Assembly: GCA_025459175.1 (NCBI GenBank)
Contig: JALORC010000080.1
Location: forward strand, 443-64,442
DNA: 64,000 bases
Source of the DNA: Planctomycetota bacterium
GTDB lineage: Bacteria > Planctomycetota > UBA1135 > UBA2386
Reading direction: 5' to 3'
The translations under genes and the position numbers were made by a program. Every line of letters starts with the position of its first letter. The first letter of the stretch is position 1. Shown piece after piece: positions 45,033 through 55,002 of the stretch. Below the pieces are notes generated by a model. The model was not told where the DNA came from. It saw nothing but the letters and a program-made list of their open reading frames with translations, and ran no database searches.

Positions 45033-47225
45033 ATGCGATTCGCGAAGGCCAGGCACTTCTGTTGCGGGATGGCCATGCCCGCGTTCGGCGCTGCGGCACC
45101 GGCGGTTGCCCAAGGACTGCAGTGGCAGGTCGCCCGCGTGCTGACGGGTCGGCAGACCATGATGGCCTTCGACATCGCGCGCGGCAGGACCGTGCTGTTC
45201 GGCGGTCGGGATGGCTCCGGCACGCTGTTCGGCGACACCTGGGAGTTCGACGGGCTGACCTGGGACCGCCGTTCCGCCGCCGGTGGTCCTTCGCCGCGTT
45301 GGGTGCACGCCATGGCCTACGACGCGCAGCGACGGCGCGTCGTGCTGTTCGGCGGCGCCAGCAACGTCGTCCAGTACGACGACACCTGGACGTGGGATGG
45401 CGACCGCTGGACGTTGCATTCCCCGACGAATCGTCCACCGGCCAGCTCGGGCCACAGCATGTGTTACGACTCGGCGCGTGGTCGCATCGTGATGCATCAG
45501 CTTGCCAACTCCGTGCCCGGCACGCCCCAGACTTGGGAGTGGGACGGCAGCAACTGGCAGCAAACCACGATCGGTGGCCCGCCGCGGATGGAGGGCCAGA
45601 GCATGGCGTACGATCCGCTCCGGCAACGCGCCGTCGTCTACTCGCCGACGGTCCTCGGGCAACCGGGGCAGACCTGGGAGTACGACGGCGCCAGCTGGTC
45701 GTTGCGCAGCAACGTCGGCTCGCCGACGTCCTTGTCCGGTGTCGCACTGGCGTTCGATCCGGGCCTCGGCCGCATCGTGATGTTCGGTGGCAGCGGCTTC
45801 TTCGGTCCCATCGGTGGCACCTTGGAGTACGACGGCAACTCCTGGCAGGCGCCTGCCGGCAGCGGTCCTGCCCCGCGCTATGGCGCGAGCCTGGTCCACG
45901 ACACGCGACTGTCCGGCCTGGTGATGTTCGGCGGTGTAGCCGACGGCGCCACGTGGGTGCGACAAGGGGCGGTTTGGACCCAGGCAGTGCCGGCACCGTT
46001 CGAAACGGTCGGCGGCTATGTCATGGCGGCCGACGAGGCGCGCGCCGATGTGGTGCTCCGCAGCGAGTTGCTCGGTGTCGATGCAACCTGGTTGTGGAAC
46101 GGCAGCCAGTGGCGCCAGCAGGTCGGAACGAGCCCGTCGGCGATCTCCGGTGCGGCGATGACGTGGGACGGCAATCGGCAGGCCGTGCTGTGGTTCGGTG
46201 GCCGGGCCGGACCCGGCCTGGCGCCGCAGAACGCGACCTGGATCTGGAACGGCGCCTGGACCCAGCTCGCGCCGGCTGCCTCACCGCCGGCACGCCACGG
46301 TCACGCGATGGCGTTCGACCGCCAGCGGCAACGCGTGGTGCTGTTCGGTGGCAGCACCAACAGTTTGCTCGGGCCGAGCTCGGTGCTGTCGGACACGTGG
46401 GAGTGGGATGGTTTCACCTGGGTGCAGCGCACGCCGGGGATCCGTCCGTCGGCGCGTTGGCAGCACGGCATGGCCTACGACCCCATCCTGCAGCGCACGG
46501 TGCTGTGCGGTGGCACGGCGCTGGGGCTCGTGATCCAACCAGACACCTGGGAATGGGACGGCCAGGCCTGGGTGTTGCGTTCTGCGACCAGCGTTCCGGG
46601 TTTCCTGACCCAGCCACCGATGACCTTCGACCCGGCGCTGCAAGGTGTGGTGATCGCCGGCAACGCCAGCGGCACGTTCGCTCCGGTCGGCGTCTGGCAG
46701 TGGAGCGGTGGCGCCTGGCAGCAGTTGCCGACGTCGACCGCCAATGCACCTGCGGAGTTGGCGGGTTCCGACTGGTGCGTCGATCCGGGCCGCGGTCGCT
46801 TGCTGACCTACGGCGCGGGCGCGACCTTGCTGTTCGGAGCCTTGGTGCCACCTGCGGTCCAGGTCGTGGGGGCGCCTTGTCCGAACCCGCAGCTGCCGCT
46901 GCTGACCAGCAACGAGAGCTACCTCGGCAACGCGCGTTTTGCCCTCGAACTGATCGGCTCCCCCGGCGGCCTGTCCGCACTGGCCTGGTCGCTGGGATCG
47001 CAGTCGACGCCGATCGGCCCGTGCACGTTCCAGCTCGCCGCGCCGTGGGTGGCGGAAGTGGTGGTGGCCGACGGCTTCGGGATCTCGCGGGGCACGCCGT
47101 GGCCGCAGGCGCCGGTCTCGACGTGGCGGGGTCTGCCCATCTTCGCCCAGGCGGTGACTCTCGACCCGACCGGGCCACTGGGCCTCGGCTTCAGTGCGCT
47201 GCGTCAGTTCGTGCTCGGCGATTGA
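45033..47225 (+). CDS. Secreted Kelch-repeat protein with shared C-terminal module
   Basis: ATG 45033 is preceded by GGAGAG. Signal peptide: MRFAKARHFCCGMAMPAFGAAAPAVAQ. At least 10 Kelch-like units: GDTWEFDGLTW, DDTWTWDGDRW, PQTWEWDGSNW, GQTWEYDGASW, SDTWEWDGFTW, PDTWEWDGQAW... Confidence 0.85.
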   Translation: MRFAKARHFCCGMAMPAFGAAAPAVAQGLQWQVARVLTGRQTMMAFDIARGRTVLFGGRDGSGTLFGDTWEFDGLTWDRRSAAGGPSPRWVHAMAYDAQRRRVVLFGGASNVVQYDDTWTWDGDRWTLHSPTNRPPASSGHSMCYDSARGRIVMHQLANSVPGTPQTWEWDGSNWQQTTIGGPPRMEGQSMAYDPLRQRAVVYSPTVLGQPGQTWEYDGASWSLRSNVGSPTSLSGVALAFDPGLGRIVMFGGSGFFGPIGGTLEYDGNSWQAPAGSGPAPRYGASLVHDTRLSGLVMFGGVADGATWVRQGAVWTQAVPAPFETVGGYVMAADEARADVVLRSELLGVDATWLWNGSQWRQQVGTSPSAISGAAMTWDGNRQAVLWFGGRAGPGLAPQNATWIWNGAWTQLAPAASPPARHGHAMAFDRQRQRVVLFGGSTNSLLGPSSVLSDTWEWDGFTWVQRTPGIRPSARWQHGMAYDPILQRTVLCGGTALGLVIQPDTWEWDGQAWVLRSATSVPGFLTQPPMTFDPALQGVVIAGNASGTFAPVGVWQWSGGAWQQLPTSTANAPAELAGSDWCVDPGRGRLLTYGAGATLLFGALVPPAVQVVGAPCPNPQLPLLTSNESYLGNARFALELIGSPGGLSALAWSLGSQSTPIGPCTFQLAAPWVAEVVVADGFGISRGTPWPQAPVSTWRGLPIFAQAVTLDPTGPLGLGFSALRQFVLGD

Positions 47226-47244
47226 ACGCCCGTCTGAACGCCCG

Positions 47245-49275
47245 TCAGCGCACTTCGCTGCGCTGCGGCCGGAGCACGAACGGCTGCGCGCCGTTGCCGG
47301 CCGGTGCGGTCGCGAGATGGCCCGAGGCCGCCGCGGCTTCGACATACCACCGCCAGGCGCTGTCCTTCTGGTCGTCGTCGGCCGGTACCATGGCGCCGTA
47401 GACGCCATCGCCGGCCTTGCCGTCGCCGTGCTGGCCGTCGTCGTGCATCGGCACCGACGCGAACGCACCGAACTCGCCGCGGTCGTGGCGCAGCTGCACG
47501 CTGGTGGCGTCCTGCGCGGTGCAGACGACGTGCAGCGCACCGGCCTTCACCTCGCCGCGCGCCTCGCCCACGGTCGGCCAGGCGCCCTGCATGGCCGGAT
47601 CGGCGAGCAGGGCCTGGCGGCGGCTCTGGATGATCGCGCGCAGCGAGCCCGGCGCCGGCGCGCCCTGTTCGTCCTGCGCGAACGCCTTCGCGAACGCTTC
47701 GTAGCCGTACAGCGCGTGCACGTCCTGCTTCACCACCGGCTCGAGCAGCTGCTGCCAGCTGGCGAGCCGCGGTGCGATCGCCGCGTCGTCGAGCGCCTCG
47801 GCGATCGCGCGCAGGTTGGCGAGGTAGCGTTCCTTCCACGCCGGCACCTCGAGCAGCCGCCGCAGCAGCGGCCGATCGGCGCGGTTGGCCATCTGCAGCG
47901 GGCTGCTGGCGGCACCGCCCGGGCCACCGCCGCGGCGACCGCCGGGACCACCCGGACCCGCGCCAGGCGGTGCGCCACCACCGGCGTCGGGCCGCGGGCG
48001 GCCTTCCGGGCCACCGGCCGGCGGACCGCCGCCGCCCGCACCCGGCCCACCCATCGGCCCACCCGGCGGGCCACCCGGCCCGCGCCCACGCGCCCCGAGC
48101 AGGATCTCGTTGTTGTCGCGCGCCAGTGGATGGAAGCGCCCCTTCGGATCGCGATACAGAAGGTAGTCGCTGGCGCGCGCGTGGTAGCCGTCGTCGTCGC
48201 CGAGCGCGTTGTCGCAGGCGAGGAACCACAGCGCACCGTCGATGTCGAGATGCTGCGGCAGGATCGCCTCGAGGCGATCTGGCGGCGACTGCTCGAGCAC
48301 CGCGCAGAGATCCACCAGCGCCTGCCACGCCGCCGGATCATCCTTCGACTTGATCTGGTAGCTGCGCTGGTAGGCCGCCGGATCGTCGCCGAGGTACTTG
48401 AGGCCGCCGCCGCCGCTGAAGTCCGGCGGCACCTTCCAACGATCGCCCTTCTTGCTGCCGAAGTGATCGTCGGTGAAGTCCTTGTCGAACTGCTGCACCG
48501 CGACGTAGATGCCGTGGTCCTCGCCGTTGATGACGACCCGCACCAGCGCCGTGCGCGGCGCCGGCAGGAAGCGGTTGGCGAGCCAGCCGTGCAGCATCTC
48601 GCGCACGAACGACGCGTCGGTGTGCGCGTTCAGCAGGTCGAGGTTGCGCACGCCGTGCAGGCTCTGCTTGCTGTCGGCGTGGTCGAACGCGAGGTCGAGC
48701 GACTTCTTGCGCCCCGGGGCCATCATGAACGACGTGTTGCCGCGGAAGCCGAGGCCGACGTCGCGGTAGGTGATGCCGTCGATGGTGATCGTCACCGGCA
48801 CCTCGACGTCGGTGCGGTAGAAGTCGTTCAGCTCGGCGAACCAGTCGTCGCCGGGGATCTCGACGAAGAACGTGCGCACGAGATCGGGGTCGAACAGCGG
48901 CCGATCCGGGTAGCTCGGCACGTCGGCCGGCGTCAGTTTCTGCCCCTGCTTGGCGGTCGTGGGCTCGGCGCCACCTTGGCCGCCGGGGCCGCCCGGGCCG
49001 CCCGGGCCGCGGCGACCGCGCTGCGGCCGGTTCTCCTTCAGCCAGCCGCGCGCCGCCTGCCGTTCGGTCGCATCGAGGCGCCCGTTCCGGTCGGCGTCGA
49101 ACTGGGCCAGCACCGCGGTGGTCTGGTTCATGCCACCGGGGCCACCGCCCGGGCCGCCGCCGAAGCCGCCCGGGAAACCACCCGGCGGGCCGCCCGGCGG
49201 TTCCTGCGCCAGCAGCGGCGCACACAGAGCCAGCAGGCCGAAGGTCGAGAACAACGAGCGGGGGCGGTCGATCAT
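47245..49275 (-). CDS. CotH kinase family protein with N-terminal EF-hand loop and Gly/Pro-rich low-complexity segments
   Basis: Signal peptide MIDRPRSLFSTFGLLALCAPLLAQ. Perfect EF-hand loop DADRNGRLDATE (about 49063-49098). CotH-like core: ...FRGNTSFMMAPGRKKSLDLAF...LLNAHTDASFVREML...VINGEDHGIYVAVQQFDK... Three G/P-rich stretches. Confidence 0.85.
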   Translation of the reverse strand: MIDRPRSLFSTFGLLALCAPLLAQEPPGGPPGGFPGGFGGGPGGGPGGMNQTTAVLAQFDADRNGRLDATERQAARGWLKENRPQRGRRGPGGPGGPGGQGGAEPTTAKQGQKLTPADVPSYPDRPLFDPDLVRTFFVEIPGDDWFAELNDFYRTDVEVPVTITIDGITYRDVGLGFRGNTSFMMAPGRKKSLDLAFDHADSKQSLHGVRNLDLLNAHTDASFVREMLHGWLANRFLPAPRTALVRVVINGEDHGIYVAVQQFDKDFTDDHFGSKKGDRWKVPPDFSGGGGLKYLGDDPAAYQRSYQIKSKDDPAAWQALVDLCAVLEQSPPDRLEAILPQHLDIDGALWFLACDNALGDDDGYHARASDYLLYRDPKGRFHPLARDNNEILLGARGRGPGGPPGGPMGGPGAGGGGPPAGGPEGRPRPDAGGGAPPGAGPGGPGGRRGGGPGGAASSPLQMANRADRPLLRRLLEVPAWKERYLANLRAIAEALDDAAIAPRLASWQQLLEPVVKQDVHALYGYEAFAKAFAQDEQGAPAPGSLRAIIQSRRQALLADPAMQGAWPTVGEARGEVKAGALHVVCTAQDATSVQLRHDRGEFGAFASVPMHDDGQHGDGKAGDGVYGAMVPADDDQKDSAWRWYVEAAAASGHLATAPAGNGAQPFVLRPQRSEVR

Positions 49276-49375
49276 GCGAGCGGCGGGTTACGCGCAGCGG
49301 CGGCCATTGCCAACCACGGGACCGGAATGGTCGCCGCTCTTCCGCGCCGACGCCAGACTGCCTACCTTCCGCCCC

Positions 49376-50512
49376 GTGTACGTGCAGCCGGCGGATCTGC
49401 GGCTCGGCAACGCGCGCCGGGTGCTCGCCGCCCTGCAGCGCGCGTGGCCCTGCACGCGCCCTGAGCTCGCCCGCCGCACCGGGCTGTCGACGATGACGGT
49501 CGGCAAGGTCGCCGAGCAGCTGCTCGAACTCGGCCTGCTCGACGAGGCGCCCGGCGAACCGGTGCCAGGCCTCGGCCGGCCGCCGCGGCAGCTGTCGCCG
49601 AGTGCGCGCCTGCGCTTCGTCGCGATCGAACTCGGGGTGCACACGTCGACCGTGTGCCGGCTCGGGCTCGCCGGTGAGGCGGTGCCGCCGCGGCGGGTGT
49701 CGATCGCGATGCCCGGCAGCGCGGCCGAGTTCCTGGCCTCCGTCGGGGCGGCGCGCACGGCGCTCGGCCCCGAACCGGTCGAGGCGGTGTTGATCAGTGT
49801 GCCCGGCGTGCTGGATTCCGGTGGTCCCTCGATCGTCTATTCGCCCAACCTGCACTGGTCGGAGGGGTCCGGGCTGCTGCGTGCGCTCGGTGCGGCGTTC
49901 GGGGCGCCGGTATGTGCGGTGCAGGAAGCGCAGGCGCTCGCCCTCGGCCACCTCGCCGCCGGTACCGCTCCCGAGCACTTCCTGATGGTCGACTTCGGCG
50001 ACGGGGTCGGCAGTTCGGTGGTCACCAGCGGCAAGTTGCTCGGTGGGCCGCTGCCCCTCAGCGGCGAGATCGGGCACACGCCGGTGCCCGGCAACCTGCG
50101 GCGCTGCGGCTGCGGCGCGATCGGTTGCATCGAGACGCTGGCTGGCTGTGCCGGGTTGCTGGCGAGTCATCGGGAGGCGTGTGGGCGCGACGTCACCTGG
50201 GCCGATCTGCAGCGTTCGTTGGCCGGGGGTGAACTGCCGGACTGGCTGCTGCGCACGCTCGATGCGCTGGCGATGGTGCTGGCCGGCGCGTTGAACCTGT
50301 TGGGACTGCGCGAAGTGGTCGTGGTCGGTGCCGGCGCCGAACTGAGCCCGCGGATCGTGCCGCAGCTGCGGGAGCGGCTGATGGCGCACTCGCTGCTAGG
50401 GCGCTTCGGCGAGATCGAGTGCCGCCTCGCACCGGCGCGGCGGCAGCTGGGGTTGCTGGCGGCGGCGGTCGATCGGCGGCTGTTGCCGGAACCGGGGCGA
50501 GTGGCGCGGTAG
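49376..50512 (+). CDS. ROK family transcriptional regulator (NagC/XylR-like)
   Basis: GTG 49376 is proposed; the start is uncertain. wHTH: ...RRVLAALQRAWPCTRPELARRTGLSTMTVGKVAEQLLELGLL... ROK core with GEIGHTPV...CGCGAIGCIET zinc motif. Confidence 0.8.
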   Translation: MYVQPADLRLGNARRVLAALQRAWPCTRPELARRTGLSTMTVGKVAEQLLELGLLDEAPGEPVPGLGRPPRQLSPSARLRFVAIELGVHTSTVCRLGLAGEAVPPRRVSIAMPGSAAEFLASVGAARTALGPEPVEAVLISVPGVLDSGGPSIVYSPNLHWSEGSGLLRALGAAFGAPVCAVQEAQALALGHLAAGTAPEHFLMVDFGDGVGSSVVTSGKLLGGPLPLSGEIGHTPVPGNLRRCGCGAIGCIETLAGCAGLLASHREACGRDVTWADLQRSLAGGELPDWLLRTLDALAMVLAGALNLLGLREVVVVGAGAELSPRIVPQLRERLMAHSLLGRFGEIECRLAPARRQLGLLAAAVDRRLLPEPGRVAR

Positions 50513-50587
50513 GGTGCTGGTGCGGCTCGACGGCAGCGTGTCGGGGTGCCTCGGCGCAATCGCGACGGCACGATAGGATTCGCCGCC

Positions 50588-52984
50588 ATGAGTCACGACG
50601 ACGGACGGCGCGCCGCTGTGCTTCGCATTGGCGCGATGGCGGCTGTTGCCGCCTTGGCAGCCATGGCGCAATGCGGCCACTCATGGCTTCCTGGCCAGGG
50701 CCTGCCTGGCGTCAACGGCGTCGTGACCACGATGCTCGAATGGGATCGCGACGGGGCCGGGCCGGCTCCCGCGCTGTGGATCGTCGGCGGTCAGTTCACG
50801 TTCGCAGGCACCGTGCCGGCGAACAACGTGGCCGCGTTCGATCCGGCGACTGGCAGTTGGTCGGCGTTGGGCGCCGGCGTCCTGGGCGTCGTCCGGGAAT
50901 TGGTGCAGATGCCGAACGGCGATCTGATGATCAGTTCGAACGCATCCCTTGGGCTGGCGCGTTGGGACGGCGTCGCATTGACGCAGATGAGCGTGCCGAA
51001 TCTCCTCGCGATCGAGGCGATGGCGGTGCTGCCCGACGGTTCCTTGGTCGTCGGTGGCGTGTCGTCCGGCGACGCCGTCTGGCGTTGGAACGGATCGACC
51101 TGGCAGGGACTCGGCGCGACCGGCACGGTCTACGACCTCGTCGTTCTCCCCAGCGGGGAGTTGGTCGCTGGTGGGGTAGGTGCGGTGTTCGGACCGGCGG
51201 CGATCCGGACCTGGAACGGCACCGCCTGGTCGCCATTCGGAACGGTGTCGGGTTTGGCCAACGCCCGCGTGCGGAGCTTGCTGTTGCTGCCCAATGGCGA
51301 CCTGATTGCCGGCGGCGAGTTCCTGGCCGTCGATGGTGTGCCCGCCACTCGTGTAGCCAGGCGCACCGCAGTGGGCTGGCAGGCCATCGGCAGCGGCGTG
51401 GCGACCACGGTGAACGAACTGGCGGCGCTGCCGAACGGCGAGCTGTGGGCAGGCGGGACCGGAGTGCGGCGATGGGATGGCGTCGCCTGGTCCGAACTGT
51501 TGGCCGAAGGTGGCAACTTCGTGAACAGCATGCTGCCGATCGGCCAGGAGGTGCTCGTCGGCGGCACCTTCCAGCAGCTGGGTGGCGTTCCCGTGCTGAA
51601 CCTGGCGCGTTGGAGCGGTGGTGCGTGGTCGGCGCTGACCGGCGGTACCAATGGCAGCATCGAGTCGTTCGTGCGCTTGCCGAACGGTGCGGTGGTGGCC
51701 ATGGGCGGCTTCACGATGATCGAGGGTGTGGCCGCCGATCGCATCGCGCGGCGGACCGGAGCCACCTGGTCGCCGCTCGGCAGCGGCATCAACGGCACCG
51801 TGGTCGCCGGCACCGTCGCTCCCAACGGGGATCTCATCGCCGTCGGTGCCTTCACCCAGGCCGGTGGCGTCGCGGCCAATCAGGTCGCGCGCTGGAATGG
51901 TGCTTCGTGGTCGGCGCTCGGAGCCGGCGTGAACGGCTCGCTCGTGACCGTGGCGGCGCTGGCCAATGGCGAGGTGTTCGTCGGCGGCTATCTGAATCTG
52001 GTCGGCCTGCCGCAGGTCGCGCGCTGGAGCGGCGGCAGCTGGCAGACCGTGACCACGCCCAACTGGGGCCTCTGCATGGCGACGCTGCCGAACGGCGACC
52101 TGGTCGTCGGCGGCTTCGGTTGGGTCGCGCGCTGGACCGGTTCGGGCTGGGCGTCGCTCGGCGGCGGCGTCACCGGCTGGGTGACGCAGCTGGTGGTCGC
52201 CGGCAACGGCGACCTGATCGCCGCGGGCGGGCTCACCTCGGCGGGCGGCACGCCCGTGAACGGCGTGGCGCGTTGGAACGGCAGCGCCTGGTCGCCGATG
52301 GGTGCCGGGGTGTCGGGGCAACTGCGCGGCACGACGCGGCTGCCGAACGGCGATGTGCTGTTGTGCGGCGAGCTGTCGGGGCCCGGCCTCGGCCCCGTGA
52401 ATCTCGCGCGTTGGGATGGTGCTTCGTGGGCGCGGCTCGGACCGCCGATCACCGCCGGTACTGCGTACGACGCCGAGCTGTTGCCCGACGGCGCGCTCGG
52501 GGTCGCCACCGTCAGTGCCTTCGAGGCCGGTGGCAGCGCTGCGAGCTACCTCGCGCGGTTGGCGCCGAACTGTCCCGCCGTCATCGCACCGATCGGCCCA
52601 GGCTGCGCCGGGTCGGCCGGCCCGGGCGAGCTGCTGCCGATCAGTCTGCCGTTCGTCGGCTCGACCTACGCGGCCGTGATCACCGGCTGGCCGGTGCCGA
52701 GTCTCGGCCTGTCGATGTTCAGCAAGAACACTGCCTCGCTGCCGTTGCCGCAGCTGCTGCCGCAGGGTGTCGCGGGCTGCACGCTGTGGGTGTCGCCGGA
52801 CCTGCTGACGATGCTGGTGCCGACGGCGGGGCAGGCAGAGAGCACGTTCGCGATCCCGGCGGTGCCGTCCCTGGTCGGGCTGGACCTGCATCACCAGGTC
52901 GCGCTGCTAGAGTTCGCGGCTGCGGGCGATCTGGTCGCGGTCAGTGTCACCAATGCGGTGACTCTCACGCTCGGCGCGTTCTGA
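50588..52984 (+). CDS. Secreted beta-propeller-type repeat protein (paralog B) with shared C-terminal module
   Basis: ATG 50588 (MSHDDGRRAAVLRIGAMAAVAALAAMAQ). About 12 repeats with the same core as paralog A: AVWRWNGSTWQGLGATG, NLARWSGGAWSALTGG, NQVARWNGASWSALGAGVNG, NGVARWNGSAWSPMGAGVSG, VNLARWDGASWARLG. The N-terminus (AQC..SW...G.NG.V) and C-terminus are also parallel to A. Confidence 0.8.
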   Translation: MSHDDGRRAAVLRIGAMAAVAALAAMAQCGHSWLPGQGLPGVNGVVTTMLEWDRDGAGPAPALWIVGGQFTFAGTVPANNVAAFDPATGSWSALGAGVLGVVRELVQMPNGDLMISSNASLGLARWDGVALTQMSVPNLLAIEAMAVLPDGSLVVGGVSSGDAVWRWNGSTWQGLGATGTVYDLVVLPSGELVAGGVGAVFGPAAIRTWNGTAWSPFGTVSGLANARVRSLLLLPNGDLIAGGEFLAVDGVPATRVARRTAVGWQAIGSGVATTVNELAALPNGELWAGGTGVRRWDGVAWSELLAEGGNFVNSMLPIGQEVLVGGTFQQLGGVPVLNLARWSGGAWSALTGGTNGSIESFVRLPNGAVVAMGGFTMIEGVAADRIARRTGATWSPLGSGINGTVVAGTVAPNGDLIAVGAFTQAGGVAANQVARWNGASWSALGAGVNGSLVTVAALANGEVFVGGYLNLVGLPQVARWSGGSWQTVTTPNWGLCMATLPNGDLVVGGFGWVARWTGSGWASLGGGVTGWVTQLVVAGNGDLIAAGGLTSAGGTPVNGVARWNGSAWSPMGAGVSGQLRGTTRLPNGDVLLCGELSGPGLGPVNLARWDGASWARLGPPITAGTAYDAELLPDGALGVATVSAFEAGGSAASYLARLAPNCPAVIAPIGPGCAGSAGPGELLPISLPFVGSTYAAVITGWPVPSLGLSMFSKNTASLPLPQLLPQGVAGCTLWVSPDLLTMLVPTAGQAESTFAIPAVPSLVGLDLHHQVALLEFAAAGDLVAVSVTNAVTLTLGAF

Positions 52985-53084
52985 ACGCATGCGGTCGGCC
53001 GCTGCGCGCCATCGGCGATCGGTCGGGGTATCGCGGTCGGCACGGCTGTGCTCGAATGCACACCCTCTTTCGCGCCGTCACCGC

Positions 53085-54938
53085 ATGAACCATCGCCGTT
53101 CGCTCCGTCTCCTGTCCCTCGTGGCCTTCGCCGCGACCTTGCCGGCCCAATGGCCGAGCAACCCCGCCCAGAACCTCGCCGTCGCCGACGGCACCGGCGA
53201 GCAGGTGCTGCCGAAGATCGGGCTACGCCGCGACGGCGGCTGCTACCTCGGCTGGTTCGACAATCGCACCGGCGGCTACGAAGTCCGTCTGCAGCGCCTC
53301 GATCGCTTCGGCAACGAGGTCTGGCCCCACAACGGCATCGTCGTGTCGGCCAATCCGCAGTCGACGTCGTTGGTCGACTGGGACCTGATCACCGCCAAGG
53401 ACGACAGCTGCGTGCTGACGTTCACCGACACGCGCGCCGGTGCCGATCTCGACGTCTACGCGTATCGCTTCGATGCGGCCGGGGCGCCGTTGTGGGGCGC
53501 CAACGGCGTGGCCCTGTCGAACAACGCCGACTTCGAACCCAACCCGCGCGTCGTCGAGGCCAGCGACGGCGACTTCGTGTTCACGTGGGCCAACAGCGTC
53601 AGTCGCACGCTGCGGGTGCAGCGCCTCGATCCGCAGGGCGCGCCGCGATTCGCGCAGGACGGCATCGGCTTCCTCGGCGACAACGGTGCCACGCCGGGCT
53701 TCGTGCAGATCGTCGCGGCCGACGCCGGCAGCGTGATCCTGAGCTGGATGCGGGCGACGTCGTTCAGCGGCCAGCGGCATCTGCACGCGATGAAGTTCGA
53801 CGTGCTCGGCGCGCCGGTGTGGAACGGCGGCGTGCGCGTGGCGCTGTTCGACCAGGCCTCGGTGCCGATCGCGCACCAGCACAAGATGTTTGCCGACGGC
53901 CAGGGCGGCGCCTTCGTGTCGTGGCACTTCGCGACCGGCCAGCAGTTCCGCGGCCGCGTGCATCGCCTGTCGGCGGCCGGCGTCGAGCTGTGGCCACACA
54001 ACGGCGTCGACGTGTCGGCGACGACGAACAGCGTGTTCGATCCGGCGCTGGCGGTCGATGCGGCGACGCAGTCGGCGATCGTGTTCTGGAACGAACGCAA
54101 CCTCGCGCAGTCGGCGTGGGGCATCGGCGCGCAGCGGCTCGATGGTGCGGGCGCGCCGCAGTGGGGTGCGAACGGGATCACGCTGGTGCCGATCGGTGCC
54201 TCGGTGCTGTTCGCGCCGGTGGCGGCGCCGTTCGCCGGCGGCGCGTTCGGCGCGGTGCTCGAGCAGGCGGTGGGCAGCCAGGACAAGGCGGTGCGCGCGT
54301 TCACGCTCGATCCGGCCGGCGCCACGACGTGGGCCGGCGCCACCTACGCGAGCACGGCGTCGAGCGACAAGCTGCGGCTGCAGCTGGCGAGCACGCGTTC
54401 GGGCGCGGCGGTGCTGGCCTGGACCGATCTGCGCAACGGGCCGGGCGATCTGTTCGCGCAGGCGATCGGCAGTGATGCGTCGCTGCCGCCGGTGCGCGGC
54501 ACCGAGCTCGCGTATGGCTGTGGCGTCAATCCGGCCAACAGCCTGACCGCCGATCGGCCGCCGGCGTTCGGCATCACGATCACGGTCGCGGTCGACAATC
54601 CGGCGGCGACGCAGGCACCGGGCGCGCTGCCGCTGTTGCTGCTGGCGACCGCTCCCGCGCCGGGGTTCCCGTGCGGCATCAGCGTGCCCGGGTTCGGGCT
54701 CGCGGTGGGCGGCGGGCCGGGCGAACTGCTGCTCGATCCGGCGACGCTCGGGCTCAGCGTGCTGATGCCACCGTGGGTCGGGCCGGGCCAGCCGTCGTCG
54801 CTGCCGTTCCCGCTGCCGTACGCGACCGGCCTGCTCGGGCTGTCGCTGTACCTGCAGGCGGCCCTCCTCGACCTGACCCCGGCCGCCGTGGTGCCGATCG
54901 GCTTCACCTCCGCGCTGCGCTGGCAGCTCGGCTACTGA
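53085..54938 (+). CDS. Secreted repeat (propeller-like) protein with shared C-terminal module
   Basis: ATG 53085 (MNHRRSLRLLSLVAFAATLPAQ signal peptide). Repeats of about 60 aa with (R)LDxxGxxxWxxNGVxV. Examples: RLDRFGNEVWPHNGIVVS, RFDAAGAPLWGANGVALS, RLSAAGVELWPHNGVDVS, RLDGAGAPQWGANGITLV. Confidence 0.75.
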   Translation: MNHRRSLRLLSLVAFAATLPAQWPSNPAQNLAVADGTGEQVLPKIGLRRDGGCYLGWFDNRTGGYEVRLQRLDRFGNEVWPHNGIVVSANPQSTSLVDWDLITAKDDSCVLTFTDTRAGADLDVYAYRFDAAGAPLWGANGVALSNNADFEPNPRVVEASDGDFVFTWANSVSRTLRVQRLDPQGAPRFAQDGIGFLGDNGATPGFVQIVAADAGSVILSWMRATSFSGQRHLHAMKFDVLGAPVWNGGVRVALFDQASVPIAHQHKMFADGQGGAFVSWHFATGQQFRGRVHRLSAAGVELWPHNGVDVSATTNSVFDPALAVDAATQSAIVFWNERNLAQSAWGIGAQRLDGAGAPQWGANGITLVPIGASVLFAPVAAPFAGGAFGAVLEQAVGSQDKAVRAFTLDPAGATTWAGATYASTASSDKLRLQLASTRSGAAVLAWTDLRNGPGDLFAQAIGSDASLPPVRGTELAYGCGVNPANSLTADRPPAFGITITVAVDNPAATQAPGALPLLLLATAPAPGFPCGISVPGFGLAVGGGPGELLLDPATLGLSVLMPPWVGPGQPSSLPFPLPYATGLLGLSLYLQAALLDLTPAAVVPIGFTSALRWQLGY

Positions 54939-54984
54939 TTCGGCGCCGGCCTCGGCCCGGCGACGTATTCGCCGCCGCGCCGAA
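54939..54984 (+). terminator. Structured GC-rich hairpin directly after stop codon (possible terminator; no U-tract)
   Basis: TTCGGCGC (54939-54946) pairs with GCGCCGAA (54977-54984). Inner pairings are GGC/GCC and GGCG/CGCC around the loop ACGTATT. Confidence 0.25.
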
Positions 54985-55002
54985 GCGGTCTAACTTGGTG
55001 GC

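Noticed and set aside
47223-47246. Perfect 12-bp tandem duplication TGAACGCCCGTC x2. Its first unit starts with the Kelch gene stop (TGA 47223-47225), and the CotH stop (47245-47247, reverse strand) overlaps the end of its second unit.
   Set aside because: It is real in the sequence, but only 24 bp between convergent genes. Most likely it is a trivial slippage duplication, and I can argue no function.
47885-48166. Repetitive GGNCCN-type DNA, also at about 48960-49200, that at first looked like a tandem-repeat or array-like element.
   Set aside because: It has no regular repeat/spacer periodicity. It lies in frame inside the CotH gene and simply encodes Gly/Pro-rich linkers.
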